From NCBI GenBank assembly GCA_963720265.1, contig CAVRET010000002.1, forward strand, positions 1,006,069 through 1,070,068: a stretch of DNA of 64,000 nt, written 5' to 3'. Positions 1-9,300 of this stretch are shown here, one piece after another. The position numbers and the translations under genes are program-made. The notes beneath the pieces are model-generated. The model was not told the DNA's origin. It was given only the letters and a program-made list of their open reading frames with translations, and did no database searches. The DNA comes from an uncultured bacterium. GTDB taxonomy: Bacteria; Patescibacteriota; Saccharimonadia; UBA4664. Position 1 is the stretch's first letter. Every line of letters starts with the position of its first letter.

Positions 1-576
1 AGCTACTTAGTGGTTGGCGGTACTTTCGAAGAACAGTATCTCTACTACCTCATGATCCCTGCCATAATATCGAGCGTTGTGGCCGCCTTTGACCTGTGGG
101 AGCGCATTCATTCTGGCATTCGCGACCTCGTGTTTGCCGTGAGCCTTCTTGAACTCGTTCTGGTTCTTCTGGTCTGCCTCTCTAACTATGTAGTCAACAT
201 GTCTACACCTGATGACGGGTGGACCGTTACCGCTGAATGGGTCGACACAAACATACCGGCCGGAAGCAGTATCTGTGCCTGGGAGCAAGGGGAGTTCTTG
301 CTTGTGCAAAGCCCCAACAACTACGACGTCTGCGATTGGTCAACCCAAAGTGCATTAGCCGCCCACCATGTCCAGTATGTACTCGAATCAGAAACACTGT
401 CGAACTCAGGGTATGAACCCGTGTCCCCGGACGAACTTGCAACACTCAAGAGCACCACAAAACTGGTCTTCACTTATGACTCCAGAGACACGGGCGTATT
501 TGATGTCTTTCAGCTAACTGCTCCACCTAATCCACAGGCCGTACAGGCAACGGCAGCTGCGGAGGCGACTCCGTAA
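1..576 (+). CDS. hypothetical protein; possibly the 3' part of a gene starting upstream of the window (frame open back to nt 1; track start GTG at 10)
   Basis: Frame-1 ORF with no stop from nt 1 to 576. No recognisable motif. Confidence 0.3.
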   Translation, partial: SYLVVGGTFEEQYLYYLMIPAIISSVVAAFDLWERIHSGIRDLVFAVSLLELVLVLLVCLSNYVVNMSTPDDGWTVTAEWVDTNIPAGSSICAWEQGEFLLVQSPNNYDVCDWSTQSALAAHHVQYVLESETLSNSGYEPVSPDELATLKSTTKLVFTYDSRDTGVFDVFQLTAPPNPQAVQATAAAEATP

Positions 577-635
577 ACCTAACACCAAGGTTTTGAGCAT
601 GAGGGTGGCTCACAGGACCAGACAGGAACTACCCC

Positions 636-3038
636 ATGATCACCAAGCTTATCCATCAATTCAAGAACGGCAGTCCGGTCCTTGCTGCGCTCATGACCGC
701 AAACATCCTCAACTTCGCATTTAACGCTTATCTGGCCCGGTCGCTGTCACTGAGCAGTTACGGGTTCGTCGCCCTTCTTAACACTTTTTGGACCATCCTG
801 CTGGTTGGTTCGGGCGCACTCACGCAACTCACGAGCTACCAGGTGGCAAGGTCTTCGAACGATGCGGCGGGACACACGTCGGCCTATTTAGTGTCACGTC
901 AGGTAACGCGTCTGCTCGCGACTGCGCTTATGATGGGCTGGATCATCATAAGCCCCCTGGTCCAAACTTTTTTCCACGCTCCAAGTCTGCTGCCGATTTT
1001 GATCTTTGCCCCGATGATCTGGCTAGGACTCTTGACCGGTACTCATCGCGGATATGTGCAAGGGCGTTTGCGCTTTAGCCAATTTGGCGGCCTATTTCTT
1101 CTTGAATCAGCCGCTAAACTAGTGCTGGCGGTCGCATTTGTTAAAGCCGGCTTTAGCGCCCTGGCCTATTTGTCGCTACCGCTGTCGGTCCTTATCGCCT
1201 GGGGCGCAGCTGTTATCGCGGTCAAGCGTCTTTTGCCGACAGCCGCGAAACCAATCGTGAAGCGGTCAGCTTTCCCCTGGACGTTTCTGGGCGCTAATTT
1301 GACCACTGGACTAGCTGCGATGGCTTTCCTGAGCGTCGATCTTTTGCTTGCAAAGCACTACCTGTCTAACACCGAAGCGGGCCGCTATGCGATGTTGTCG
1401 CTTATCGGCAAAATGATCTACTTTGTCGGCTCACTTCTCAATAGTTTCATCTTACCTTTGCTGGGCGCGGCAGAGGCTCAAGCTACTAGCGCACGCCGGG
1501 TTTTCTGGCGAATGTATGCATTTTCCGCGGCGCTTGCCGTGGGAGGCTTCGTCGTGTTGGGCCCGCTTGGCCACTTGTTTGTGCCGGTACTCTTTGGGGA
1601 CGGCAGCAAGCCAATCGTGTCGGATCTTGTTCCATATAGTGCCGGCATTTTGTTCTTTACGCTTAGCAACACCAACGTCATGTACCACTTGGCGAAGAAG
1701 CACTATCTCTTCCCGGCCCTCTCGCTTGCATCGGCAGCCCTCATGGCTATTCAGATCGTACTGGGCCATGGCTCAATCCCCGCCATTGCCCATGCCGTCT
1801 TCATTTCGGGACTGGTGAGCTTCATCACAATCACTGGTGTTGACCTCATCACCTCACAAGGCCGTCGCACGACAAAGCGGCTACGAGGACTGACCAAGAA
1901 ACTCTTCACTCGTTCAATCCCGGCGCCTGAAGCTGATACCTTACGCATTCTCGTCTTCAACTGGCGTGATACCCGTCATGGCCAAGCCGGCGGCGCCGAA
2001 GTATTCATCCAAGAACTGGCGAAACGGTGGCACGCCGCGGGTCATGATGTCACGCTTTTTTGTGGCAATGATGGCAACAGTAAGCGTCATGAGACTATCT
2101 CCGGTGTACACGTCATACGCAGAGGTAGCTTCTATCTAACCTATGCGTGGGCATTCGTTTACTACGCTTTTCGTTTCCGTAGTAGGTCTGATGTCATCAT
2201 CGACTGCCACAACGGCATACCATTCTTTACGCCACTGTATGCCAAGCAGCCAATTTATTGCGTGGTGCATCACGTGCACCAGGAAGTTTTTGCAAGATAC
2301 TTACCGAAACCGCTGGCGGCTGTTGCTAAGTTTCTAGAAGCCAAGGTTATGCCCTGGGTCTACCGAGACTGCTATTACGTGACTGTGTCCCAGTCATCCA
2401 AGCAGGCTATGATTGACCAACTCGGCATTCGTGCTGACCGGATCCAAATTGTCCATAACGGTATTGACCCAAATGAGCTTAAGCCTGGCAAGAAAACGGT
2501 CCGCCCCACGGTCTTATATCTCGGCAGACTAAAACCCTACAAGTCGGTTGATGTCTTAGTCAAGGCATTTGCCCAAGTAGCAACGAGACGGCCGGATGCT
2601 CAACTTGTCGTGGGCGGCACCGGTGAAGCCATGGAAGATCTAAAAGGACTCACTGCAAAGCTCAAAATTGCGAGCAAGGTCAAATTCCTCGGCTATGTAC
2701 CGGAACCACGGAAAATCCGCCTCATGCAGCAAGCCTGGGTGTTTGTGAATCCGTCATATGCCGAAGGCTGGGGTATTACCACGATTGAAGCTAACGCCTG
2801 CGGAACGCCGGTCATTGCATCTGACGTACCAGGTCTGCGAGATTCGGTAAAATCACCGGAAACCGGCCGCCTGGTGCCGTACGGAGATGTCGCAGCTTTT
2901 GCTACAAGCATCCTTCACGTGATAGACGACAACGAGCTACGGCTGACCATGTCAGTGAGCGCAAAAGCCTGGTCTGATACCTTCGACTGGCAAGCGAGTG
3001 CCGATGTGTTCCTTGAACAAATCGGAGGCATATCATGA
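636..3038 (+). CDS. fusion protein: N-terminal polytopic MOP/Wzx-like polysaccharide flippase domain plus C-terminal GT4 glycosyltransferase
   Basis: 800 aa. The first ~430 aa contain about 12-14 hydrophobic helices typical of Wzx/MurJ-type exporters. The C-terminal ~370 aa carry GT4 (Glycos_transf_1) signatures: GGAEVF, EGWGITTIEANACGTPVIASDVPG and an EX7E-like motif. An AGGAA SD lies upstream. Confidence 0.75.
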   Translation: MITKLIHQFKNGSPVLAALMTANILNFAFNAYLARSLSLSSYGFVALLNTFWTILLVGSGALTQLTSYQVARSSNDAAGHTSAYLVSRQVTRLLATALMMGWIIISPLVQTFFHAPSLLPILIFAPMIWLGLLTGTHRGYVQGRLRFSQFGGLFLLESAAKLVLAVAFVKAGFSALAYLSLPLSVLIAWGAAVIAVKRLLPTAAKPIVKRSAFPWTFLGANLTTGLAAMAFLSVDLLLAKHYLSNTEAGRYAMLSLIGKMIYFVGSLLNSFILPLLGAAEAQATSARRVFWRMYAFSAALAVGGFVVLGPLGHLFVPVLFGDGSKPIVSDLVPYSAGILFFTLSNTNVMYHLAKKHYLFPALSLASAALMAIQIVLGHGSIPAIAHAVFISGLVSFITITGVDLITSQGRRTTKRLRGLTKKLFTRSIPAPEADTLRILVFNWRDTRHGQAGGAEVFIQELAKRWHAAGHDVTLFCGNDGNSKRHETISGVHVIRRGSFYLTYAWAFVYYAFRFRSRSDVIIDCHNGIPFFTPLYAKQPIYCVVHHVHQEVFARYLPKPLAAVAKFLEAKVMPWVYRDCYYVTVSQSSKQAMIDQLGIRADRIQIVHNGIDPNELKPGKKTVRPTVLYLGRLKPYKSVDVLVKAFAQVATRRPDAQLVVGGTGEAMEDLKGLTAKLKIASKVKFLGYVPEPRKIRLMQQAWVFVNPSYAEGWGITTIEANACGTPVIASDVPGLRDSVKSPETGRLVPYGDVAAFATSILHVIDDNELRLTMSVSAKAWSDTFDWQASADVFLEQIGGIS

Positions 3039-4180
3039 CTGCTTACGATATAAAGCCAAAAATCGTTATCTCTTCCTATGATGACATTAAGAATCCGTAC
3101 TACGGCGGGGGAGGTGCTCGTTCCATTCATGAAGTCGCCAGTCGGCTTGCTCACAAGTTTGATTTCTTGATTCTAACGGCGAATTATCCGGGTGCAAAAA
3201 GCCAGGTGCTTAGTGGAGTTGAATACAAACGCATCGGGCCGGCTTTCATTGGCCCCAAATTTGGCCAGCTTCTCTTTCATGTAATGCTGCCATTTTACGT
3301 ACGTTCACTTGAGTACGATCTCTGGATCGAAAATTTGACTCCGCCGTTTTCCACTTCGTGCCTGCAGCTCTATACCAAGAAACCAGTAGTCGGCCTCGTA
3401 CATATGCTTGCAGCGGAGGACATGGAGCGCAAATACAAGTTACCGTTTCACCTTATTGAGAACCTCGGACTCCGCACCTATCGCTACTTCATCACGCCGG
3501 CAGAGATAACTGCTGCCAAATTGGCACACCTGAGTCACCAACCCCGTACTTTTACCATTCCCAACGGGCCCATCGGCGTCGACCAGCCATTAGCTAGCCT
3601 CAAGTCTCCTGTTAAAAAAGACTATATCCTGTATCTTGGCCGCTTGGAGGTAAATCAAAAAGGACTGGATCTCCTCCTGACATCCTTTAAGAAATGCGTT
3701 GAGACATCCCCTTGTCGGCTTGTCATCGCCGGTTCCGGCACGCCTAAGGAAGAGCAGAAAGTGCGGACGCTTATCAAAGAGCTTGGCCTGATCCGGAAAG
3801 TGAAACTCATTGGCCAGGTCGAGGGTCGGCGCAAACAGCAGCTGTTAGGAAGCTGCCAGGCGATGGCCGTACCGTCTCGACTTGAAACGTTTGGCATGGT
3901 TGCTCTTGAAGCCATGCATTACGGTAAGCCGGTTGTAACATTCGATATCCCAGGCTTTCAGTGGATTCCAGAAGGCTGTGCTCTTAAGGCAACCGCTTTT
4001 GACACTGACGCCTATGCCGCTGCCATGACCAGAGTCTTAACGGATAAAGGTTTGAAAAAATCGGTTGCAGTAGCCGCAAGACAGTCGATGCCCAACTATT
4101 CCTGGGATAGGATCGCGACGCGGTACTCACGCACGATTATCCAATTACTCAAAACTCCGGAGGCAGAGTATGGAAAATGA
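3035..4180 (+). CDS. glycosyltransferase family 4
   Basis: 381 aa. Glycine-rich N-terminal motif YYGGGGARS and C-terminal ETFGMVALEAMHYGKPVV (EX7E). The ATGA start/stop overlaps the upstream gene, indicating an operon. Confidence 0.8.
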   Translation: MTAYDIKPKIVISSYDDIKNPYYGGGGARSIHEVASRLAHKFDFLILTANYPGAKSQVLSGVEYKRIGPAFIGPKFGQLLFHVMLPFYVRSLEYDLWIENLTPPFSTSCLQLYTKKPVVGLVHMLAAEDMERKYKLPFHLIENLGLRTYRYFITPAEITAAKLAHLSHQPRTFTIPNGPIGVDQPLASLKSPVKKDYILYLGRLEVNQKGLDLLLTSFKKCVETSPCRLVIAGSGTPKEEQKVRTLIKELGLIRKVKLIGQVEGRRKQQLLGSCQAMAVPSRLETFGMVALEAMHYGKPVVTFDIPGFQWIPEGCALKATAFDTDAYAAAMTRVLTDKGLKKSVAVAARQSMPNYSWDRIATRYSRTIIQLLKTPEAEYGK

Positions 4181-4931
4181 CATGCTTGAACGTATTCGCA
4201 CATCGAAGCGCACCTGCTACTTTGTTTCGCCCCATCTTGATGACATGGTCTTTTCGGCCAGCGCACTTGCTACTGAGCTTGCGAAAACCAACCGCATTGT
4301 AGTCGTAAATGTTTTCACCGACACTCCGACGGGCCCCAATACCCGTTCTGCCGCGGCATATTTAAAACAATGCGGCTACAACGATGCTGAGGCACTATAT
4401 CAGAATCGCCGAGATGAGGATGTACGAGCACTTGCAGGGCTTGCGGATGAAATCATAAACCTGGCTATGACTGAGGCGTTATGGCGCCGCAAACCTGGTA
4501 GGCTCGCAAGCCTTATAGCTAGGCTGCTCCCCGAGCTGGCCGCCCTCTATCCAACCTACCGCTGGCACATCATAAAGGCCAAGCTGTCACGGCATGATAG
4601 ACAAACCGTTGACCTGATCAGGCAAAAACTAGGAGAGGTCATTGGGTCGGACGCCTTTGTTTTTTGTCCGCTTGGCGTAGGCAACCATATTGATCATGTG
4701 ATTACGAGTGCCGCGTGCGACGCGATGTTCGATAGCCCCATCCACTGGGTTGATTTCCCGTACTCAGCACGAGGTGACAGCAAGTCTACCACCGGCCTCG
4801 AAGGGTTCTCATTCAATGGCGACAGTCAGGAGAAGCTTTCCCGGATGCAAAAGTACGAAACTCAATACAGTACCATCTTTCCGAACGGTGCCGTATTGCA
4901 ACCTGAAGAGTATTTCGTGCGCACAGCGTAG
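4170..4931 (+). CDS. PIG-L/LmbE family N-acetylglucosaminyl deacetylase
   Basis: 253 aa with VSPHLDDMVFS (PHxDD motif) and HIDH (HxDH) motifs of the LmbE-like zinc deacetylase family. Overlaps the upstream GT4 gene. Confidence 0.7.
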   Translation: MENDMLERIRTSKRTCYFVSPHLDDMVFSASALATELAKTNRIVVVNVFTDTPTGPNTRSAAAYLKQCGYNDAEALYQNRRDEDVRALAGLADEIINLAMTEALWRRKPGRLASLIARLLPELAALYPTYRWHIIKAKLSRHDRQTVDLIRQKLGEVIGSDAFVFCPLGVGNHIDHVITSAACDAMFDSPIHWVDFPYSARGDSKSTTGLEGFSFNGDSQEKLSRMQKYETQYSTIFPNGAVLQPEEYFVRTA

Positions 4932-5049
4932 TGTCAGACCTTGCCGCATTCGTGTGCTTCATGCTACAAACAATCTAGATAGTGTTGTGGGGTGAGCCGA
5001 ATTTGAGTACTGCAGGTACAAGAACGGTTCTGACTATCGCAAGGCAAGG

Positions 5050-5073
5050 CGAGCCGAAAGGCTCGTTTTTGTT
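5050..5073 (+). terminator. rho-independent terminator ending the 636-4931 operon
   Basis: GCGAGCC-GAAA-GGCTCG stem-loop followed by TTTTTGTT. Confidence 0.6.
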
Positions 5074-5323
5074 CTTACTATGTGAACAAGAAGAGCGACT
5101 CAGCAATGAGTCGCTCAGAGGCCGAGGAGTCGTCTGCCCGGTACCAGTTGAATCATAGCACCTCTTAGGCACAAAGCTACCCAGAACTGAAGATTTCGGA
5201 CTGGCTAATCGAGATCTCTCGTTGGGCAGCCACCACAAAGCACCCTGCCATGTCTCCTATTGAGATCGTGGTGAGGGTACTTTGGGTAGAATGGGCACCG
5301 ATTTTCGTTTGACCACCTGTGGC

Positions 5324-5428
5324 CTACAGGCCAATGAGCGACAGGATAAACCCGCCGGTCGTCAGCACATGGTAAACCACATAGGCGGTCAGCAAACCGG
5401 CTCCAGCCCAAGCCGCGATGCGCTTCAT
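5324..5428 (-). CDS. possible 34-aa hydrophobic peptide (MKRIAAWAGAGLLTAYVVYHVLTTGGFILSLIGL). It is not in the ORF track and starts 2 nt after the LPXTG ORF stop.
   Basis: Manual translation of the minus strand. Single TM-like peptide; coding status uncertain. Confidence 0.2.
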   Translation of the reverse strand: MKRIAAWAGAGLLTAYVVYHVLTTGGFILSLIGL

Positions 5429-5430
5429 GA

Positions 5431-5613
5431 TTAGCGCTTCTGGAATTTGTTTTGAGCGATGTAAACCACGCCCCACGCAACGAGGCCAGCGGCCACGGCG
5501 ATAGCGATGTCAACAACGTTGCTCATACCGGTTTGCGGCAAAACGGCTAGACCAGTAACGGTGGCCACAGCGCCGAGCGCGGTGGGGGTAGAGGAAGATC
5601 CTTGTCCGTACAT
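5431..5613 (-). CDS. small protein with C-terminal LPXTG-type sorting signal (LPQTG, hydrophobic stretch, basic tail)
   Basis: 60 aa. ...LPQTGMSNVVDIAIAVAAGLVAWGVVYIAQNKFQKR is a textbook sortase signal, but the protein has no obvious N-terminal signal peptide. Confidence 0.35.
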   Translation of the reverse strand: MYGQGSSSTPTALGAVATVTGLAVLPQTGMSNVVDIAIAVAAGLVAWGVVYIAQNKFQKR

Positions 5614-5628
5614 ATCGACTCCTTTAGA

Positions 5629-6729
5629 TTAATTACTTACAGCATCAGTCGCGATGCGGTATCGGCGCCCAGCCACAGTCCAGCCCGGTTTGACCGTGCG
5701 GAACTTGCGCTGGACGACGATTTCGAACCACGCCCTGAAGAAAGCAAATAGGTTAGCAAGCCGTAGAAAGTAAAACAGCGGGAAGGCACCAATGACATCT
5801 GCCCTACGGTTGAGGATGGCGGCCCACAGCGTGAGGGCGAAGAAGATCACGAAGTCATTGAGGAACATGAGTGCGAGCGGCTTGTAGTCATGCGTCAGAA
5901 TCCCGACGACCGGCAGGACGGTGAGCTCTAACAATAAGACGATTTCCTCTAGGATCATGTAGGCCATATAGGCATCGAGCTTATGCGGACGAAGCCCGAC
6001 CCGATGCCGGATCATGGCCTGCCAGGCACCGCGATACCAGCGCATAATCTGTTTGAAATAGTCGGCAAAGTCTTTGGGGTCTTGGGTAAAGGCCTTGGCC
6101 TGGGGGATGTAGGCGATGCGTCCAAGCTTCTTCCGGTGAATCTGAATGGTAATATCCATATCTTCGGTCAGCGAGTGGACAGCAAAATCGAGTTTGTCGA
6201 TGATATCAGTGCGCAAAACGCAGGTAGCACCGGGGATGACCGGAATGGTGTTAAAGAAGTTTTGCACCCGGCGCATGACTTCGAGACCGAGCGTGTATTC
6301 GTAGAGCCGGTATTTGCTGATCCACTCACCTTTTAGGCTTTGGAGGTGGCCGGTCGCCGCCACGAACTTATCGGCATCGAGGCGCTTTTTAAGCTCACTA
6401 AAATACGTCGGCGCAAACGTGCCGTCAGCGTCAGCGATGTGCACCCAAGTGTAACGTTCAGGGATTTTAAAGTATTTGAGGCCGTTAGAGATCGCCATAG
6501 CCTTGCCGGTTTGAGCTTGGTCGAGCACGTTGTATGAGCTTAGGTATTGCCAGGCAATGGCAACGGTTTGGTCAACCGAACCGTCACTGACAACATAGAT
6601 GTCACAGGCTTCTTGGCCAGCAGCTAAAGCCGAGCGAATGGTATCACCAAGAACCACCTCTTCGTTGTGGGCGGGAAGGATGAGGGCAAGTTTACGCTTG
6701 TGTTTAATTGTGATCTCGTATTGGTCCAT
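5629..6729 (-). CDS. processive GT2 glycosyltransferase (cellulose/chitin/PNAG-synthase-like) with C-terminal TM helices
   Basis: 366 aa. ILPAHNEE...VVSDGSVDQT (GT2 DXD region), TED motif and QIMRWYRG (QxxRW). C-terminal hydrophobic helices. Confidence 0.75.
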   Translation of the reverse strand: MDQYEITIKHKRKLALILPAHNEEVVLGDTIRSALAAGQEACDIYVVSDGSVDQTVAIAWQYLSSYNVLDQAQTGKAMAISNGLKYFKIPERYTWVHIADADGTFAPTYFSELKKRLDADKFVAATGHLQSLKGEWISKYRLYEYTLGLEVMRRVQNFFNTIPVIPGATCVLRTDIIDKLDFAVHSLTEDMDITIQIHRKKLGRIAYIPQAKAFTQDPKDFADYFKQIMRWYRGAWQAMIRHRVGLRPHKLDAYMAYMILEEIVLLLELTVLPVVGILTHDYKPLALMFLNDFVIFFALTLWAAILNRRADVIGAFPLFYFLRLANLFAFFRAWFEIVVQRKFRTVKPGWTVAGRRYRIATDAVSN

Positions 6730-7009
6730 CGCGCAAATTAAAACAGCGAGGGGCGAATTATCTTCGCACTACCCTCGCTGATCTTTTTACTGAATATAAG
6801 TGTATATGATTATGCTTAATTTGTCAATAGGTTGTTTAGTGTCGCTGTTTATGCCTTATTATAGGTATAATCTTCGAACTCTACGACGTTTTTTGCCTGC
6901 TTATAATTACGGTCTGAGCTCATTTTTATTAGCTCTAATGATATCAATATCTACGTGTGTCAAGACATGTGGCCGGGTACGGACTTTCCCGTACCCGGCC
7001 ACTCGTTGA

Positions 7010-8035
7010 CTACCTCTTCCACCAGGTTGAAGCCCGGATGGTCCGAACAGCCTGCTTGATGGCCCGCAATTGGCCCGGATCGTTCATGTTGTCCATATAG
7101 GAGTAGAACAACAGGTTGCGAACGCCGGCTTTCACCGCGAGCTTGGCCATCTTCACCATTTGCCGAGCGGTCGGAGGCGCTGGATCAGCCGGGAAGCCGA
7201 GGGCGGCCCCTTCCGGGTGCATGACTCGATTCCAAGCGAATGCCTGGACTACGAACCAAGTATTTTTGCCTGCCGCAGCGCGGAGTGCCCGGCCAATCGT
7301 GGTGATGGCGCTGACGGGACCGTAGGTCGCACTGGCCGGTATCGGGTAGTAGTCGATGCCTAGTTGGTCCGTTGCCTGCGCTATTTGCTGGTAGTAATCC
7401 GTGCTGCCCGGCGACCAGTCGAGAACCACGAGCGTCGGCTTGTGCGTCAGTCGTTGGATCTGGCGCTGCCGCGCCTGGATGGCCGGCAGCCATTGGCTGA
7501 GATTACTTGGGTCGGTCGGCTCTTCATCTGAGGTATAGAATCCCCAGACGGCCGGGTTAGCGGCATAGGCTTTCACGATCCCGCTAACCTCTGCCGTTGT
7601 GCTGGCGCCGTATTGGCGGTGCCAGCCGGCGTCGGTCGGATCCTGGTCGGTCGGGCCGAGCAGGTCCTTTACCGAGAGAATCACCTTCATGTGCAGGCTC
7701 TGGGCCAATGCAAGGTAAGCTATGACCGCTTGCGGCGTGGCGTTGACGCTGGAGTAGTTGAGCAGGAGGTTGAAGCCTGCCTGACTCGCATACTCCAGCT
7801 CGGCCTGGGCGGTAGGCGTTCCCGGCACGGCCGAGCCGTAGATGCCAAGCAGCCGTGAAGACCCAGCTTGAATCTTGGGCGCGGCCACCGGCGCCGAGTG
7901 CGTGGGCGAAGCGGCAGCGGTACGCATGATCGTTGGCGGTGAGCTGGGAACTGAAGTCCCGCCGCAACCACTGATCAGCGCAGCACCTACCAACAGCGTT
8001 ACGCCCGTTAGTGTGAGGCTCGTGACGCGAGGCAT
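7010..8035 (-). CDS. secreted lipoprotein, putative TIM-barrel glycoside hydrolase-like (paralog A)
   Basis: 341 aa. Lipobox LISGC after a signal peptide. Shares NPAVWGF..DE.P....L..W, LDYYP and LLxYSY motifs with the divergent neighbour at 8180-9289. Confidence 0.5.
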   Translation of the reverse strand: MPRVTSLTLTGVTLLVGAALISGCGGTSVPSSPPTIMRTAAASPTHSAPVAAPKIQAGSSRLLGIYGSAVPGTPTAQAELEYASQAGFNLLLNYSSVNATPQAVIAYLALAQSLHMKVILSVKDLLGPTDQDPTDAGWHRQYGASTTAEVSGIVKAYAANPAVWGFYTSDEEPTDPSNLSQWLPAIQARQRQIQRLTHKPTLVVLDWSPGSTDYYQQIAQATDQLGIDYYPIPASATYGPVSAITTIGRALRAAAGKNTWFVVQAFAWNRVMHPEGAALGFPADPAPPTARQMVKMAKLAVKAGVRNLLFYSYMDNMNDPGQLRAIKQAVRTIRASTWWKR

Positions 8036-8075
8036 GAAACACCTTCGGTATCTGGTAGGGTTGGGTTGTTAAACC

Positions 8076-8104
8076 TTATTATTATATTATATTATATTAT
8101 TATG
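8076..8104. repeat. AT microsatellite (TTATA/ATTAT)n in a divergent promoter region
   Basis: ttattattatattatattatattattatg, seen directly in the sequence. Confidence 0.8.
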
Positions 8105-8109
8105 CTATT

Positions 8110-8129
8110 TGTCAACTTTTAGGTTGACA
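8110..8129. promoter_or_regulatory. perfect 7-bp inverted repeat TGTCAAC-N6-GTTGACA. It can equally be read as two divergent -35 hexamers (TTGACA on each strand) serving the paralogous genes 7010-8035(-) and 8180-9289(+).
   Basis: Palindrome seen directly. TATAAT-like -10 elements lie 17-18 nt away on both sides (inside the microsatellite for the minus gene; TATGCT at 8148 for the plus gene). Confidence 0.45.
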
Positions 8130-8179
8130 CGTCATCTGGGGCCAGCCTATGCTGGGTTGGCTACTAGCGGGGGAAATGG

Positions 8180-9289
8180 ATGCACATACCAACAAGCGGG
8201 CGGGGTTTCGGGATATGGCTTGCCGTAATTGCAGTCATTTCAGCCGGTTGCGGTGTCGCCAGTGCCGAGGTCGTTGCCGGCATTAGTAAGCAGTACAAAA
8301 CGGCAGTTGCGATAAAAGCTACTACCGCAAACTCGCGCACCCGGGTTATAGCCATTGCTAAGGCATCGCCTGCTGCATCCGGTCAGGTTTTGGGGGCCAG
8401 TACACAAGCTACCAAGGTAAATACAGGAGCAACCTCAACGCCAATGCCTAATACGATCACTCCGCAATACATCGGTATGTTTGTCACAAGCTCACCGAAC
8501 GATCCGGCAAGCCGTACAGTGATTGATGCCGTGGCTGCCACCGGCTGCAATTTGGTCTACAACTACACGGCTTTTGACGGTACACCGGCCCAGGTTGAGG
8601 CGTATTTGAACTATGCCGGTTCCAAAGGGATTAAGGTGATTATTGGGCTGCAAGATCTGTACGACCAGTTGCCGAATGGCGCACAGACAGCCCAAACGTA
8701 TGCCCAGTACGGCAGCACGAATGACGCGATTGCTACAACTGTCGTACGGGATTTTCAGGCGAACCCAGCAGTGTGGGGGTTTTCGATTACGGATGAACGC
8801 CCGGAATCAGCGACCGATCTTGGTACATGGCAGCCGATTCTCGCGTCCCGCTACGCTGCGATCAAGCAGCTTACGGCCAAACCAGTCATGGCCGTTCTCG
8901 AGGGATGGAGCGACGGCAACGCCAGTGGGCGTCAGGAGTTGTTTCAGGGTGTGGCCGGTAGTGCCGACGCCCTGGCGCTTGATTACTATCCAGTGCCGTT
9001 TATGCCGCTTGCACGTATTGGAACGATTATGAATGAAGCCGCACCCTACAAAGGCGGATGGTTTATTGAGCAGGTCTTTAGCTGGTCGTCATATCCCGAC
9101 GTTATCCAGGGCCTGGGCTATAACCCGTCAGAGGCCAGACCGCCGAGTGCAGCTGAGATGGTTGCCATGGGCCGGGACGCCCTGGCCGGTGGGGCGAGGA
9201 ATTTGCTCTTGTATTCGTATTTCGATATCGCTAGCAATCCCGGCCAGTTGGACCTCGTGCGGCAGGCCGTGCAGGAGCTCAAAAACTAG
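8180..9289 (+). CDS. secreted putative TIM-barrel glycoside hydrolase-like protein (paralog B)
   Basis: 369 aa. N-terminal signal/TM and S/T-rich linker. Motifs shared with 7010-8035 (QANPAVWGFSITDERP, LDYYPVPF, LLLYSYFD). Confidence 0.5.
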   Translation: MHIPTSGRGFGIWLAVIAVISAGCGVASAEVVAGISKQYKTAVAIKATTANSRTRVIAIAKASPAASGQVLGASTQATKVNTGATSTPMPNTITPQYIGMFVTSSPNDPASRTVIDAVAATGCNLVYNYTAFDGTPAQVEAYLNYAGSKGIKVIIGLQDLYDQLPNGAQTAQTYAQYGSTNDAIATTVVRDFQANPAVWGFSITDERPESATDLGTWQPILASRYAAIKQLTAKPVMAVLEGWSDGNASGRQELFQGVAGSADALALDYYPVPFMPLARIGTIMNEAAPYKGGWFIEQVFSWSSYPDVIQGLGYNPSEARPPSAAEMVAMGRDALAGGARNLLLYSYFDIASNPGQLDLVRQAVQELKN

Positions 9290-9300
9290 GGTTTTAAGGC

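Noticed and set aside
8041-8135. Possible CRISPR or repeat array
   Set aside because: Only a short AT microsatellite and a single palindrome are present, with no spacer-repeat periodicity.
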